Below, piece by piece: positions 50,101-63,790 of a stretch of DNA of 64,000 bases (its first letter is position 1; every line of letters starts with the position of its first letter). The DNA comes from Hypanus sabinus (Eukaryota), in NCBI RefSeq assembly GCF_030144855.1, contig NC_082710.1, forward strand, positions 152,892,001-152,956,000, written 5' to 3'. The notes beneath the pieces were generated by a model that saw only the letters and a list, made by a program, of their open reading frames with translations, did no database searches and was not told the origin of the DNA. The position numbers were made by a program, and so were the translations under genes.

Positions 50101-51334
50101 ACAACTTTGGAAGACCTGCTTAACACCTAACTCCCTGAACTCCTTTCTATTTCTCTAACAAATCCACTATCACCACAGCTCACATCGTCTTCCCCATTCT
50201 CTTATGAATCACAGAGCCAAACTAAGTGCCAGAGATATGACAGCTGTGACTTTCCTCTACCGAGTCATTCCCCCACCCCCTCCAAAACATCCAAATTGGT
50301 ATTCCAGTTGTTGATGGCGATGGCCACAGGAGTACTCTGCACTGGCTGTTTAATCCCATTCCCTTCCTGACTGTCATCTACTTTCCTGTGTCCTGTGCCT
50401 TTGATGCAACTACCTCTCTGTATTTTCTATCTGTCACCCCCTCAGCTTTCCAAATGATCTGGAGTTCATCGAGTTCCAGCCCCAGTTCATTAACATGGGT
50501 TGTTAGAAGCTGCAGCTGGGTGCACTTCTCATAGGTGTATTCATTAGGGATGCTGGAGGTCTCCCTGCCTTCCCACATCCTGCAAGAAGAGCATTTCACT
50601 ACCCTGCCTGTCTTCCCTTCTGTTTTAAATATAAGGAAGGAAAGAACAATAAATTGTTTGGAAAAGTATCTACCTACAGCTCACTGAAACTTCAAAGCTA
50701 AAACCTCAAAATCTCCACTCAAATGATGGCTGCTCCACGTGCCCCTGCCTTCAGTTAACTTGTTCTTGCAAATCAATGCTGATCGCTGATTGGCCATTGC
50801 CCAAAACACCAAACCGCCACATGTCAATGCATTATATACTCAATTGGCAAACTTAAGAGACCTACATCTTCTTAGGCTTCATAACTCTGCTGGAAATATT
50901 CAAGATCGCTCAGTACCTGTGGAGAAAGAAAATATGTTTAGTTTCAGTAGAGTTGAAATAGGAGAGAAAAGTTAGGGTTAGAAGGATAAAGCAGTAGGGA
51001 CAGAGCTACTGATCCTTCAATCTCACACTGACAATTGGTTAAAAATCTTGATGGATCTTCTGTCTTTTGATCTCCAGTGGTAAAGAAAATGAGAGGGGGA
51101 AGATTCAGGCAAAGAGTGAAAAACAAGAGAATATTGAGAGAGTGAAGATGAATAGAGAGGATATAAGACCATTGATACAGGAATAGGATTGGTCTATTTT
51201 GTCCTTCTGGTCTGCTCCATCATCAACTCATGGCTGATTATTTTTGAACTCCATTCACCCTTTTTCAATCCAAAACCTTTCACCCCTTTACCAATCGAGA
51301 ACCTATCAATCTCTGCCTTAAATCCCCGAATAAC
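44113..51334 (+). repeat. Tandem segmental duplication, unit 2 (7,222 bp)
   Basis: Constant 7,222 offset to unit 3 (e.g. ORFs 44434/51656, 48250/55472, 50378/57600); few SNPs. Confidence 0.95.
47394..48349 (+). mobile_element. Gypsy remnant (unit 2, no satellite insertion)
   Basis: Same LTR, gag and protease pieces as 39771-41125, with a single CACATTGGGAC site. Confidence 0.8.
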
Positions 51335-54300
51335 TTTGCTTTCACAGCCCTTAGTGGACACAAATTCCACAGATTCAGGCTGAAAAAATTCCTCCTCATT
51401 CCAGTATTAAAAAGAAGTCCCTTTATTCAGAAGTGTGCCCTCAGATCCTAAACTCTCCTGCTGATAAAAATATCTTTCCCGTGTTCACTCAATCCAGACC
51501 TTTCAGTACCCAGCTGATTTCAGTGAGATCCCACCCCCCCAACCCATCCTTCTGAATTTCACTCAGTACAAGCCAATAGAGATCAAGCACTTCTCATATA
51601 TTGAGGAGAGAAGGAGGAATATGAGGAATGAGGAAGAAAAGACAAGAGCAGGTGGTCAGAATTGGTTTTGAACCCAAGTAATATAATCATTAGTTACTAA
51701 CGAAGGTCTAATCTGAGACTGTGATTGTGACTGAGACTGTGGTGTGGTCAAAGGGAGGGTGGTAGAAGGGAGTACCACACTGTCAGTGTGGCCATAAACT
51801 GTGGAGGGGCAAAGAAAAATTGTGGAGTACTGAAAGAGGGTCATTGCGCAGTCAGTAGACAGATACCATCTGTCATCAGGGCAATGCGCTTTGTTAGCTC
51901 TGGGGGATGAAATAAAGAAATGGCAGTCCATCAGCAATCAGTTGCAGCACATTGGCAGGGAGTAGTTCAGAGGAACACAATATGTGTTTTTCAAAATTAG
52001 AAAAGTAAGTTCATTATATACTACAAGTATCACATTAAATGAGAAGAGTAGGGAACAGCCACTTCAAATAGGTAAAGAGGGGCTGCATCCTCATACACAC
52101 CATATACTTGTGGTACACAGTCTCTTTCAGCCCACAGAAGTGCCAAACAGCTTGGAAACCTATTACAGAGCTCTCTGTGTCAACATTGGGATATTGCTTT
52201 GTGCTCATGGTTCCTCACTGGGGTTGGAAAACATCATGGACTTTGGGCTCTTGTTAGTGGTGGAAGGTAGTGCTATTATTCTAGAGGAAGAGGGTGAGCA
52301 CACACAGTGACAGCAATCTAAACACCTCCTGAAGCTATTTACTACCCTGATCTAGAACCTGGCCCTTAAAGCACTAATGGCCTTTTTCCCCATAATCATT
52401 TTCCAGTTTATTTCACATGAATGAGGACCATCGGGCAAAACTTTCCAATTTTGTTATGATTCCCAGAGATTCCTTCTTAAGTTTTTATTTCCCCTTCAAC
52501 CCCACTGATTACTTTTGGTCTCAGCCTTCTTGTGTTCCTGTTTCATGGATGTTGGTGAAGAGTAAGAATTTCAGGTTGTACACTGTATACATTCTCTGTT
52601 ATTAAATGAACCCTTTATTTTTTAAAAAAGCTTTCCTGCTAACTGTGCAGCTCACCAAGGTACAACAATCCTTTACCATGGCTCAGCTCACCATACAGTG
52701 CTGAGCTGATACTTCCCTGCCAACAGCAGTTCTTTCACACTGTATGAAACTGATCTCATTCTCTTTTACCTCACTTTCCTTGCATATTCTAATTTTATCA
52801 TTCTACTTCTTCTTTCCTCATAATGTGGTTCATACCATGATACATTTCTTGTTTCTGGTTGTTCCTTGTTGTTTGCTATTTCAGGTGTTTTTGATCAGGG
52901 CAGGCTGCAGATAATGAATTCAGTTGAACTGAATATGGCTGGACTCTTTTCAGTTTTATGTTTTATATTCTGTGTTTTTTACATGTTTTTCTGTTGCTGT
53001 TTCTGCATGGAGGGAAGTGTTGATGTTTTTCTTTGAACAGGTTCCATGGTTTTCTTTGTTTTATGCTTGTCTGTGGAGAAGATGAATGTTAGGGACATAG
53101 ACTTATGCTTTGATCATAAATGCACTTTGAATCTGTTACAGTGCTGGATTTCTGCACTGACCATTTACAACCAGAGCTGTGGCTTGCTGATGTCATGTTA
53201 CTTTCTGATTCACAATGAAGTATTTGACTGACTGTTCCTTTGCTTTCTGGTTTCAGAAAAAAGTGACCACTAGTTTCTCATCTTGTGAGCCTCCAACAGA
53301 CCCATCATGTTGAAGAGTCTTGGCCCAAAACTTTGACTGTATATTTCCTTACATTGGTCCTGGTGTCAAGCTGAGTTCCTCCAGCTTTTTGTGTGTATAT
53401 GTCCATCTTTCAAGGCTTTTCCTCTGTGTTCAGCTCCTCGAGGTAAACACACACCCCACTTTGTCATTACATGCATCACCTTTCCGATCTCCATCCTCCT
53501 TTGTTCGACCATCCCACCCTCTCAAAACCTGAAGGGTTATCACTTCTGTATATTCCACAAGCTACTGGCCCCTGTCCCTCAAGTAACTAGATCCCAAACT
53601 TCTTCCCGAAAACTCCTTGCTAATACCCCACTATTCATTACAACCCTGTGTAGTTTGACGTACTGTATGTCATCACTCTCTGTAGAGTCCTCGCATGCTT
53701 ACCCAGGTACAAAGATCTAGATCTGTTCTGCACTGTGTGCACCAGACACTACCCCACACCATGGTGTCTCTTGCAGTTTGAGATTCCACAGGAGACTGTG
53801 TCCAAGCTTACTGATGGATCAGTCTTGAGATGGAGGCTGCCCTGGTTTGTGAGCTTAAGTTGTACATAGGCCAATGAACTTGATGTTCATAAACATTCCA
53901 AATCCCAGAATTTTGACAGTTTGGTGTCTAGCTGACTCACTATCCCAGGAAGTGAACTGGAGGTCCAGAGTATGGATAGTGTATGACAGCAAGACATAAG
54001 CGTGGGATCCGGCCTTTCAGCCCATCGAGATTGCAATTCAGTTATGGTTGATTTATTTTCCCCCTCAAGTCCATTCTGCCTTCTCACTATAACATTTAGT
54101 ATACTCAAGGACTTCATCATCTCTGCTTTAAATATACCCAAGTTACTTGACCTCCACAGCTGTCCATGGGAATGTCTACAGCCAGAGTTTGGGGACCTGA
54201 CTATGGACAACGTGTGTGGCTGGAGCCAAGGATGGAGTCTAGAACACCAGAGGGTGAACTATGAATTCTTTGCTTCACTTTTGCTTTGTTGCCAAGGTAC

Positions 54301-57300
54301 TGTGCAGAAATACAAAATTAGTAGTGAGAAAAGGAATAACGACAGACTGTTTGCAGACCGTTAAGAAACTGAATCATGGAGAACCTGTTCCTGAATTGCT
54401 TAGTGAGGGTTTTCAGACTTCTCGACATCATCATAGTCTCTCCATTGCCAGCACATCCCATAATGTGGTAATCACCAAGTGTGGCCTAACCAATCTTGTA
54501 AAGTTGCAACATAATGTACCAACTTTTATATTCTGTGCCAAGACCCATGAAGGTAACCCTGTAATGTGCCTTCTTCATCACTCTATAGATCTATACACCA
54601 CTTTTAGGGAACTATTGTAGGGTAACCTGGTTGGGAAAATGTATATTATTCATGATTACTGACATTGAGTTGATGTTTCGCTTTAAGAGGCTGGTCTGAC
54701 ACAATGACGTTACATAAAGAATTTTAGTGATATTTTGGAGTTTAAAATGAGTGATGGGTTTCATTAAACATAAAATGCCTCACATGGTTTTATTTGGAAA
54801 AACCTACATTAGTGACCCTGATACTCTCGGACGATTCCAGAGTTATTGAACATGTCAGGCAACACAGTAGGTTTGAAACTGCCAAAGTTTTGGGAGCAAA
54901 ATGCTGTCACTTATTTCATGCATGCTGAGGCCCAGTTCACTCTGCAAGAAATCACCACCGACGACACCAAATTTTGCCATATGGTAGCATCACTCAGCAT
55001 TTCTATGGATACGAGAGTGGTGAATCTGCTTGAACATCCACCTGAACACGATAACTACCAATTGCTGAAAAGTAACCTTTTACCGACTGTTGATTATCAG
55101 AGTCTGAACGTGCCAAACAATTGTTTGCCTTATCCAGTCCCCAAATGTGAGGATGCCCGCAACTGCGAAACAAAAAATGATGTGGCTGTGCTTTTATCAT
55201 GTTCGCTTTAGTACGAACACAAAGAAGTGCTGGCTTTTTTCCGCTTTGACAATTCCAGCACATTGGGACATCAGAGATCTGTGAACACTGTGAGTTTCAA
55301 CTGCCAGGGTTGTCTGCTATTCATTATGGACATCTATTCAAGGCGACACTTCCTGTGTGACACATGTGCACAAGTGTATGTGCTGCCAGCATCACCAAGT
55401 GATGAGAAGGCAAAGAGCTATGAAATCTTGCTGGAGGTTGACCATGGCAGCAAGATCCAGTCTTAAAGGACATGACAGGTGACTTCAGTGGGCGACATTA
55501 CGCATGGGACTTTGTCCTGGCTAAAGTGGCTTTTTACTGCTCAATGTTGAATTCCTGTGTGTCCAAAGAAACTTACTTGAACACATTTGACAAACTCTAT
55601 TTCATCCAGCCCTTTTACAGTATGGGAAGTGTCAGTCAATATTTGGAAAATTAAATTCACATATTACCACACCTTATGTTTCTTGCAACAGCGTGCAATC
55701 TCTCTACAAATCAGTTCCTGTAAAGCCTGCAGATCTTCTCCACTGCTGGGATGAAGCACAATGCAAACTGGAGGAGCAACATCTTATAGTCAGCCTGGGT
55801 TGTTTATAACTCAATGGCATGAATATTTCACCCTCAACCTACTTTACTCCCGGTCCCCATATCCCTTTTTTTCGTACTTCTTCCTTTGACCTTCCGGTCC
55901 TCCCACTTTTTTTCTCTTTCCCACACCCAACCCTAGCTTCTCACTCACCTCCATCCCCACCCCTCCTTTACTCATATATCACCCTTCTTACTTCCCTCCA
56001 TCAGGTTTCTCATGTACTCACATTGTCATCCTCCATCTGTCATTTACCTGCCACTGTCTCCCAGCTGCAATTCCACTCACCTGCTACCTGCTTATCATCT
56101 CATACCCTTCCTCAGCCGACCTGTTCCCTCGGGGTCCCTTTTCCAATGACAAATTTCTTTAGTGAAACTGTTCTTCTTTTTCCAACGCATCACTTCACGC
56201 TTACACCCATAACACCACTGAGCTATAGAGACAAGCCTGTCATGGTTTGGAGGCTTGTGTGCCTCAACCATCTGGAGGACTATGTTGTCTGGACTCAGGG
56301 ATTTAGGTTTTGGCTCTTGATAGGGTCACCATTGCCAAATAGGTCAAAGGGTAGAGGACAGACAAAGAGAAGTCCATAGGTCCTCCAGGTTTGGGGTTTG
56401 GCTCTGGGCTAATACCCCTGACTGGTAACACAAAATTGTTCTGGAAACAGCAATTAAGAATCCTTCTGCTTCTGAGTGCCATGGTCCACCCAGGACTTCA
56501 ATGACTGACAGTAGTGAAAACCGAGCAGAAGATACGGTCACGGTGAAGGGATCCTTGAATACCGCCAGCAATGGAGAACCTCATTGCTGCCCTAAATGCA
56601 AGCAGTGTAACAGGCAGTAAGCATTCTCCAAAGCCCCTCAGGGTTTCACACTCATCCATGGATTAGGGGGAACTTACAACAGCCAGTTAAACCAAACAGG
56701 GAACATTTTTGAGGCAGGGCAGGAAATTGGAACATCCAGGGGTTGCAGACTTTTCAATGGAGACACAACGAGGAGAGAGGAATTGGAAGGGTCTCACAAG
56801 GTGCCTGCCGCAAAGAATTCAGACTTGCATATTTTTCCTGTAACTCCTAGGTGTCCTGGTGTCCTCCCTCAACTCAGTGATGTATAGGTTGGTGCATTAC
56901 TTGGCAACTGTGGCTTGCCCCTTGTGTGTGAGTGAGGGGTACAACCTGGAGTTGAGGGAGAAGATGATAAGAATCTGGAGTGAATAAAATAACAACTTGC
57001 AGCAGCTAGTTTACCTCCCGATCTGCCATGTCTTTGGAATGAGGGAGGAGCACCCCGCAGATACCCATGGAGTCATAGGAGAAACATGCAAACTGCACAC
57101 GGATATCACCCAAAATCAGAATTGAACCTGTGTCTACCTTTAAGCTGCAGGACTACCAGCTGCACCACTCTGCTGGTAGTGCCTTAACAGAAGAATAACA
57201 CACGCAAGCCCAATGATCCATAAATCTGATGCCCTCCCTCCTACACCAAATCCTTAGCCACAACTGTATAACCTTCCTATTTCTAGCCCCACTGGCAGGT

Positions 57301-58556
57301 GTTACATAGCAATCGTGAGATCACAACTTTGGAAGTCCTGCTTAACACCTAAGTCCCTGAACTCCTTTCTATTTCTCTAACAAATCCACTATCACCACAG
57401 CTCACATCGTCTTCCCCATTCTCTTATGAATCACAGAGCCAAACTAAGTGCCAGAGATATGACAGCTGTGACTTTCCTCTACCTAGTCATTCCCCCATCC
57501 CCTCCAAAACATCCAAATTGGTATTCCAGTTGTTGATGGCGATGGCCACAGGAGTACTCTGCACTGGCTGTTTAATCCCATTCCCTTCCTGACTGTCATC
57601 TACTTTCCTGTGTCCTGTGCCTTTGATGCAACTACCTCTCTGTATTTTCTGTCTGTCACCCCCTCAACTTTCCAAATGATCTGGAGTTCATCGAGTTCCA
57701 GCCCCAGTTCATTAACATGGGTTGTTAGAAGCTGCAGCTGGGTGCACTTCTCATAGGTGTATTCATTAGGGATGCTGGAGGTCTCCCTGCCTTCCCACAT
57801 CCTGCAAGAAGAGCATTTCACTATCCTGCCTGTCTTCCCTTCTGTTTTAAATATAAGGAAGGAAAGAACAATAAATTGTTTGGAAAAGTATCTACCTACA
57901 GCTCACTGAAACTTCAAAGCTAAAACCTCAAAATCTCCACTCAAATGATGGCTGCTCCACGTGCCCCTGCCTTCATTTAACTTGTTCTTGCAAATCAATG
58001 CTGATCGCTGATTGGCCATTGCCCAAAACACCAAACCGCTACATGTCAATGCATTATATACTCAATTGGCAAACTTAAGAGACCTACATCTTCTTAGGCT
58101 TCATAACTCTGCTGGAAATATTCAAGATCACTCAGTACCTGTGGAGAAAGAAAATATGTTTAGTTTCAGTAGAGTTGAAATAGGAGAGAAAAGTTAGGGT
58201 TAGAAGGATAAAGCAGTAGGGACAGAGCTACTGATCCTTCAATCTCACACTGACAATTGGTTAAAAATCTTGATGGATCTTCTGTCTTTTGATCTCCAGT
58301 GGTAAAGAAAATGAGAGGGGGAAGATTCGGGCAAAGAGTGAAAAACAAGAGAATATTGAGAGAGTGAAGATGAATAGAGAGGATATAAGACCATTGATAC
58401 AGGAATAGGATTGGTCTATTTTGTCCTTCTGGTCTGCTCCATCATCAACTCATGGCTGATTATTTTTGAACTCCATTCACCCTTTTTCAATCCAAAACCT
58501 TTCACCCCTTTACCAATCGAGAACCTATCAATCTCTGCCTTAAATCCCTGAATAAC
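51335..58556 (+). repeat. Tandem segmental duplication, unit 3 (7,222 bp), followed by a partial unit to ~58890
   Basis: Near identity to unit 2; identity breaks down after gaaccca at ~58898, where a diverged paralogous sequence continues. Confidence 0.95.
54616..55571 (+). mobile_element. Gypsy remnant (unit 3, no satellite insertion)
   Basis: As unit 2, offset 7,222. Confidence 0.8.
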
Positions 58557-61500
58557 TTTGCTTTCACAGCCCTTAGTGGACACAAATTCCACAGATTCAG
58601 GCTGAAAAAATTCCTCCTCATTCCAGTATTAAAAAGAAGTCCCTTTATTCAGAAGTGTGCCCTCAGATCCTAGACTCTCCTGCTGATAAAAATATCTTTC
58701 CCATGTTCACTCAATCCAGACCTTTCAGTACCCAGCTGATTTCAGTGAGATCCCACCCCCCCCAACCCATCCTTCTGAATTTCACTCAGTACAAGCCAAT
58801 AGAGATCAAGCACTTCTCATATATTGAGGAGAGAAGGAAGAATATGAGGAATGAGGAAGAAAAGGCAAGAGCAGGTGGTCAGAAATGGTTTTGAACCCAG
58901 GTAGTGTAAGCTTTGAGTACTGAGGAAAGTCTAATTTGAGACTGTGATGTGATCATACAAGGGTGGTAGGGTGACACACTCAGATACGGGGAGAGTACTA
59001 CACTGTCACTGCCGCCATGCGCTGTGGAGGGGCAGGTAAAAGTTGTGGGGTACTGAAGGAGCAGCATTGCATGGTCAGTGGAGCAGATACCATCTGTCAT
59101 CAGGGCAAGGTGATTTGTTAGCTCTGGGGAACGCAATGAAGAAATGGCACTCCATCAGCAGTCAGTTGCAACGCATTGGCAGGGTGTGGTTCAAAGAAAC
59201 ACTGTATGTATTTTCCAAAATAAGAAAAGTAGGTTCATTATATACTACAAGTACCACATTAAACAAGGAAGGTTGGGAACAGCCACTTCAAATAGGTAAA
59301 GAGGGGCTGCATCCTCATACACACCATATACTTGTGATACACAGTCTCTTTCAGCCCACAGAAGTGACAAGCAGCTCGGAAACCTATTACAGAGCTCTCT
59401 GTGTCAACATTGGGATATTGCTTTGTGCTCATGGTTCCTCTCTGGGGTTGGAAAACATTGTGGCCTGTAGGCTGTTGTTAGTGGTGGAAGTTAGTGCTAT
59501 TGTTCTAGAAGAAGAGGGGGTGCACACATAGTGAATTGCTGGACTGGTGCTAGTGAACTGCTTTCTCTTCCTCAAGAAAAACATGAAATCAAGGTTCCCC
59601 AAAAAATAGGGAAATTTCAGATTGTGCTATCTTTACATATATTTTCTCACAGCACAGGGTAGTAGAGGCCTCTGGGTAAGGACATTCAAAACATGGTTCT
59701 GCATTTAATTTTGTGCAACAACAAATACTCCAGGGATATAGGTATGGAGGGAAATGGACAGTTGACAGTTCAAGTCAAGGTCCTTCACCTGGATTTGATC
59801 CAAAATGTTGACTCTCCATTTCCATCCGCAGATGCTACTTAACACTCTGAGCTCCCCAAGGAGTTTGTGCGTGGCTCCATTTTCCAGCGTCTGCAGTCTC
59901 TTCTGTCCCCCTAGGTAGGGATCTGTTGTCTGAGATGCAGAGTTACATTTGCTGTGCCCTACCTTCTCCACCCCACTCCAACCCCAGCTGAGTAATGTTA
60001 CACAGGTTCTGTCTATTCTGCAGAGCAGATGAGGAAAAAGATTAGTCCTTAGTGTCTGCATGAGGAATTCAGAGCAAGTGATAAAGAAGTGTGATTGGAT
60101 GGGCATGGGGCTGTGAAACCTGTGGAGGAATGGAGTTTAGACTGTTTTGGAAGGCCTGGAATTTAGTAGTTAGAGCCTTGTGTTTGGACAAACAGCAGGG
60201 ACTTAGATGGTAAAAGGAAAATCCCAAACCAAAGAAACACAGAACAGTGCACTGGGAAACAGACTGTCCTTGTTATTCCTCAACCTGGGGCTACGATGAC
60301 TGGAAGTGACAGCAATATACACACCTCCTGAATCTATTTACTACCCTGACCTTCTAACTTAGCCTTTAAATTACTTCCACTAATGACCTTTTTCCCCATA
60401 ATTATTTTCCAGTTTATTTCACATCAATGAGGACCATAGGGCAAACCGTTCCAATTTTGTTATGATTCCCAGAGATTCCTTCTTAAGTTTTTGTTTCCCC
60501 TCCAACCCCACTGATTACTTTAGGTCTCAGCCTTCTACTTTTTAGACCACTTTGCTGATATCTTTCCTATCTACTGCATCCTAGCCCCTTACAACTTTTC
60601 TTATCTCCCTTTAATATCCTGACTCCTAAGAAGCAACTGCATCTGTTCGATTGTCCTCAAAAACAAAAGTACCCAGACTTTGCAGATCTCCCGTACACCC
60701 TCTCTTGTGCTGTATCATTTGAGTAGTTCAACTAACATGTGCCAACTTTACTTGTTGGGCAGGACTCAGTTAGCCCCATGGAGCAAGTCCCATACTGTGG
60801 TTCATGGCTATGTTTGCAATGATTATTGAAGTGATGTAGAGGTACTGCATAGAGTTAGCTAAGGCATTACTACAGGTGGGTAAACACAGATCCATTAGCT
60901 AATCCTCTTTTCTGTCGCAGTTTTGGACAACCAATCTCTTCTCATTTTTCGTTTGCAAATAACTGTTTGGCCCTAACTCAAGCACAGCTCTGAGCACAGA
61001 GTGGAGCCTCTGCCTGGTTTGGTGATGAATGGCCACATATTTCAGTAAACTTAGTGTTGTGTCAGTGTGGAAACTTATTAGCTTAATCTTCTGCTGCTCT
61101 GCAATGCAACTTTTTACCAGTTTTAACTTTTCTTATATCTCACACAGAATTCAGGTTTCAGTGCTGAAATCTGAGCATCTCATTCACAAGGTCTTATGTG
61201 AGATGAGTTGCTCTCCTCAGCTTTATCTAAAACATTGATATCATATATCAGACCATTCCTGTAAAGGGCTGTGGCCAAGGAAAGTTAGTGAGACAGAGCA
61301 GAGAAAGCTTTGCTGGGTGATTGGAAGTATCTCATTGGAAGTGGGAATGCTGTGCACATTGGACACCCTAAAGTAATTCTTTCCTCAATGGCATTGCGAG
61401 TGTCCAACATTTAGCTTAAAATATGAACAGAAGTCTCTGGCTAATGGAGCAATTTTGTTTGAGATAAGAGTTGAAAATATTTGAGAATCATAAAATAATT

Positions 61501-62120
61501 GTAGATAGATACATGAATGTGCATGCAGCAACCCGTCTCTCTTTCTTGCTTCTGCCAAAGGAAGGTTCTTGCATTCTAATGATCTATCTCTCTCCCTCAA
61601 TGCCGTCAGAGGATGGTGCCAGAGCAGGGTTAGTTTTTCTGGTGGGTCACTGTTTAGTTACTTGTTTGTGTGATAGTGGCACATACACATGCAGCAGTTT
61701 CTCAGGGGCTAATGAGAGGAGCTTTAATCTTTGTTAAAAGTGATTTATACATAGTAAAACTGTTCTTGACTCGAATAACTACAAGTGCAGCAGGTCTACT
61801 GCATCAGTGAGCTGCTCATTGTTTGGAGTAGTCGGCTGGGGTGCCATAAGTGCCGGCTGGTGGTTCAGAGAATGTGAGTTGGCCCATTGGGCTAAGGAAG
61901 TTAGGTCAGCCGGTTGGGCCAAGAGATGTCAGTCAGATCATCAGCCCAAGGGATTCGAGTGGAGGCACATGATCTGGATTGGGTTTGGGAGATCTGACCT
62001 GGGTGCAGACCACGCTGCTGCCTGCTACTTGACGGCATTGGAGTTGCTGCCTTCAAGATGACACAAAGATGTTGTGTCGTGAAATTGGCTGTATCCATGT
62101 ATGGTTTGAATGACAATTAA

Positions 62121-62165
62121 ATTTGATTTGATTTGATTTGGTCAGATTTTGATTTGATTTTGAAT
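62121..62165 (+). repeat. Degenerate (TTTGA)n microsatellite at the junction within an interspersed repeat
   Basis: atttgatttgatttgatttggtcagattttgatttgattttga. Confidence 0.6.
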
Positions 62166-63639
62166 CGAGACAGCCTGCAAATAAGGAACACTGAGCTGAA
62201 CTGAACTATGTGTTTGATATTGTGTTTTATATTCTGTGTTTTTTGCTTGGTTTGTTGCTGTTTGTGTGATTTGTTTTTCTTTTGAGCATGGGGGGAGGCA
62301 CACCCAATGTTATTTTCTCTTTGAATATGTTCCCTGGTTCTTCTTTGTTTCAAGGCTGTCTGTGGGGAAGATGAATTTCAGGGTTGTATACTGCATAAAT
62401 ACATTGATAATAAGTGTGCTTTAATTCTTTTAGAGTGAATCATGTGAAGCCAAATAGATTTAGTTTACTTTGGCATCATGGTCATCAGAGACATTGTAGG
62501 CTGAACAGCCTGTTGCTGTGCAGTACTGTTCTATGTTCTAAAATCTAACACAATGATCATTTATTTCCCTGCATCATGTGTACCATTTGCTGTTACTGGG
62601 CAATCTACAATGACAGAGATTTGCCTTTGCTATTGCCCTGTGATAACACTGTTTGGATGGGGGAACCAGTCATTTCCTTGCTATTTGAAGCTCGTGCCTT
62701 AGTACTCCAGAGATCCAGGTTCAATCTGATCTCCAGCATTGTCGGTGTGATTTTTTTTCACATTGTCCCTGTGACTGCTCAGAGGTTCCAGTTCCTTCCT
62801 CTATCCAAAACTTGGTCACTGTAAAGTTTCTCTGGTGTGTGTAGTAGAATCTGGGGGCAGTTGAGAAGTGTGAAGGAGAGTAAAATGGGATTGTGTACAG
62901 GGATAGATACTCAGCACAGGCTATGTAGGCTGAAGAAAGTGTTTCCATGTCCTGATGCAAGGGAAAGAACCCCATATGAAGAAGTGTCTGTCTTCACCTG
63001 ATGTTTTTAAGAGTTCCTGCTCTGGCCCTTTGCCCTGATCTGGCTGAAAATCAGGCTGTGATGGAGGGGCAATAGCAGACTGGAGACTGACCTGACTGTG
63101 CTGATTACCTCTACAGGCATAGGGGGTCCCGAGGATTTGGGAAAATCCCTGTCCAGCTTCAAGTGACTAACAAAATGTACTCTCACCTCACTGCATGAAT
63201 GCTTGAAGCAGACACGGTATCTCTGTGTTATCCAGTGCTACCTCCCTGAGTTTGCGAAGCACCTAGGGGAGAGTTATTGGGGGAATATGCATGATCCCAG
63301 CCCTGAATATGGTCCAGTGAGTGTCTGGGTTCAGCAAGTGCTTCAGTCCCACAGGTTGTTCTGAAACTTGAGGTAAGATCATCAAGTGCTACAAGTAATT
63401 TCTTTAATTATCCATGTGATTTCTGCATTTGATGATCTTTTCAGATATACAGCGCCTCTAAGGCTTTAACCCCTTCCTTACGTGGGATGTCCAGGAATGT
63501 CTTGCCGTCCATTAATCCTGCTACAGTGTAGCCAAGTTGTGAAGTAGGAGTGGGGATATTCTATCTGTGAACAGCAGGATCCCACCCAGAGCAATTAAAT
63601 AATTACCAGATGCTTCTTAGCTGTGGGCTGAGGGGAACA

Positions 63640-63790
63640 TTGGCCTGAACGTGGTGACAGCTCTCCTGCTCTTTAAAACATACTGTGGGATTTTCTACAC
63701 CTGAGGTGCAAAGGAGGATTGGTCTAATGTCTTAACTGAAACAAAGCACCTTTGACAGTGTGGAAAACCGTCTGAACTGCTCTCTGATCG
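63640..63790 (+). mobile_element. Ancient Deu-domain SINE remnant (DeuSINE/AmnSINE-like)
   Basis: gtgggattttctacacctgag...ggtctaatgtcttaactgaaac.aagcacctttgacagtg resembles the Deu core as recalled from memory; not database-verified. Confidence 0.35.
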
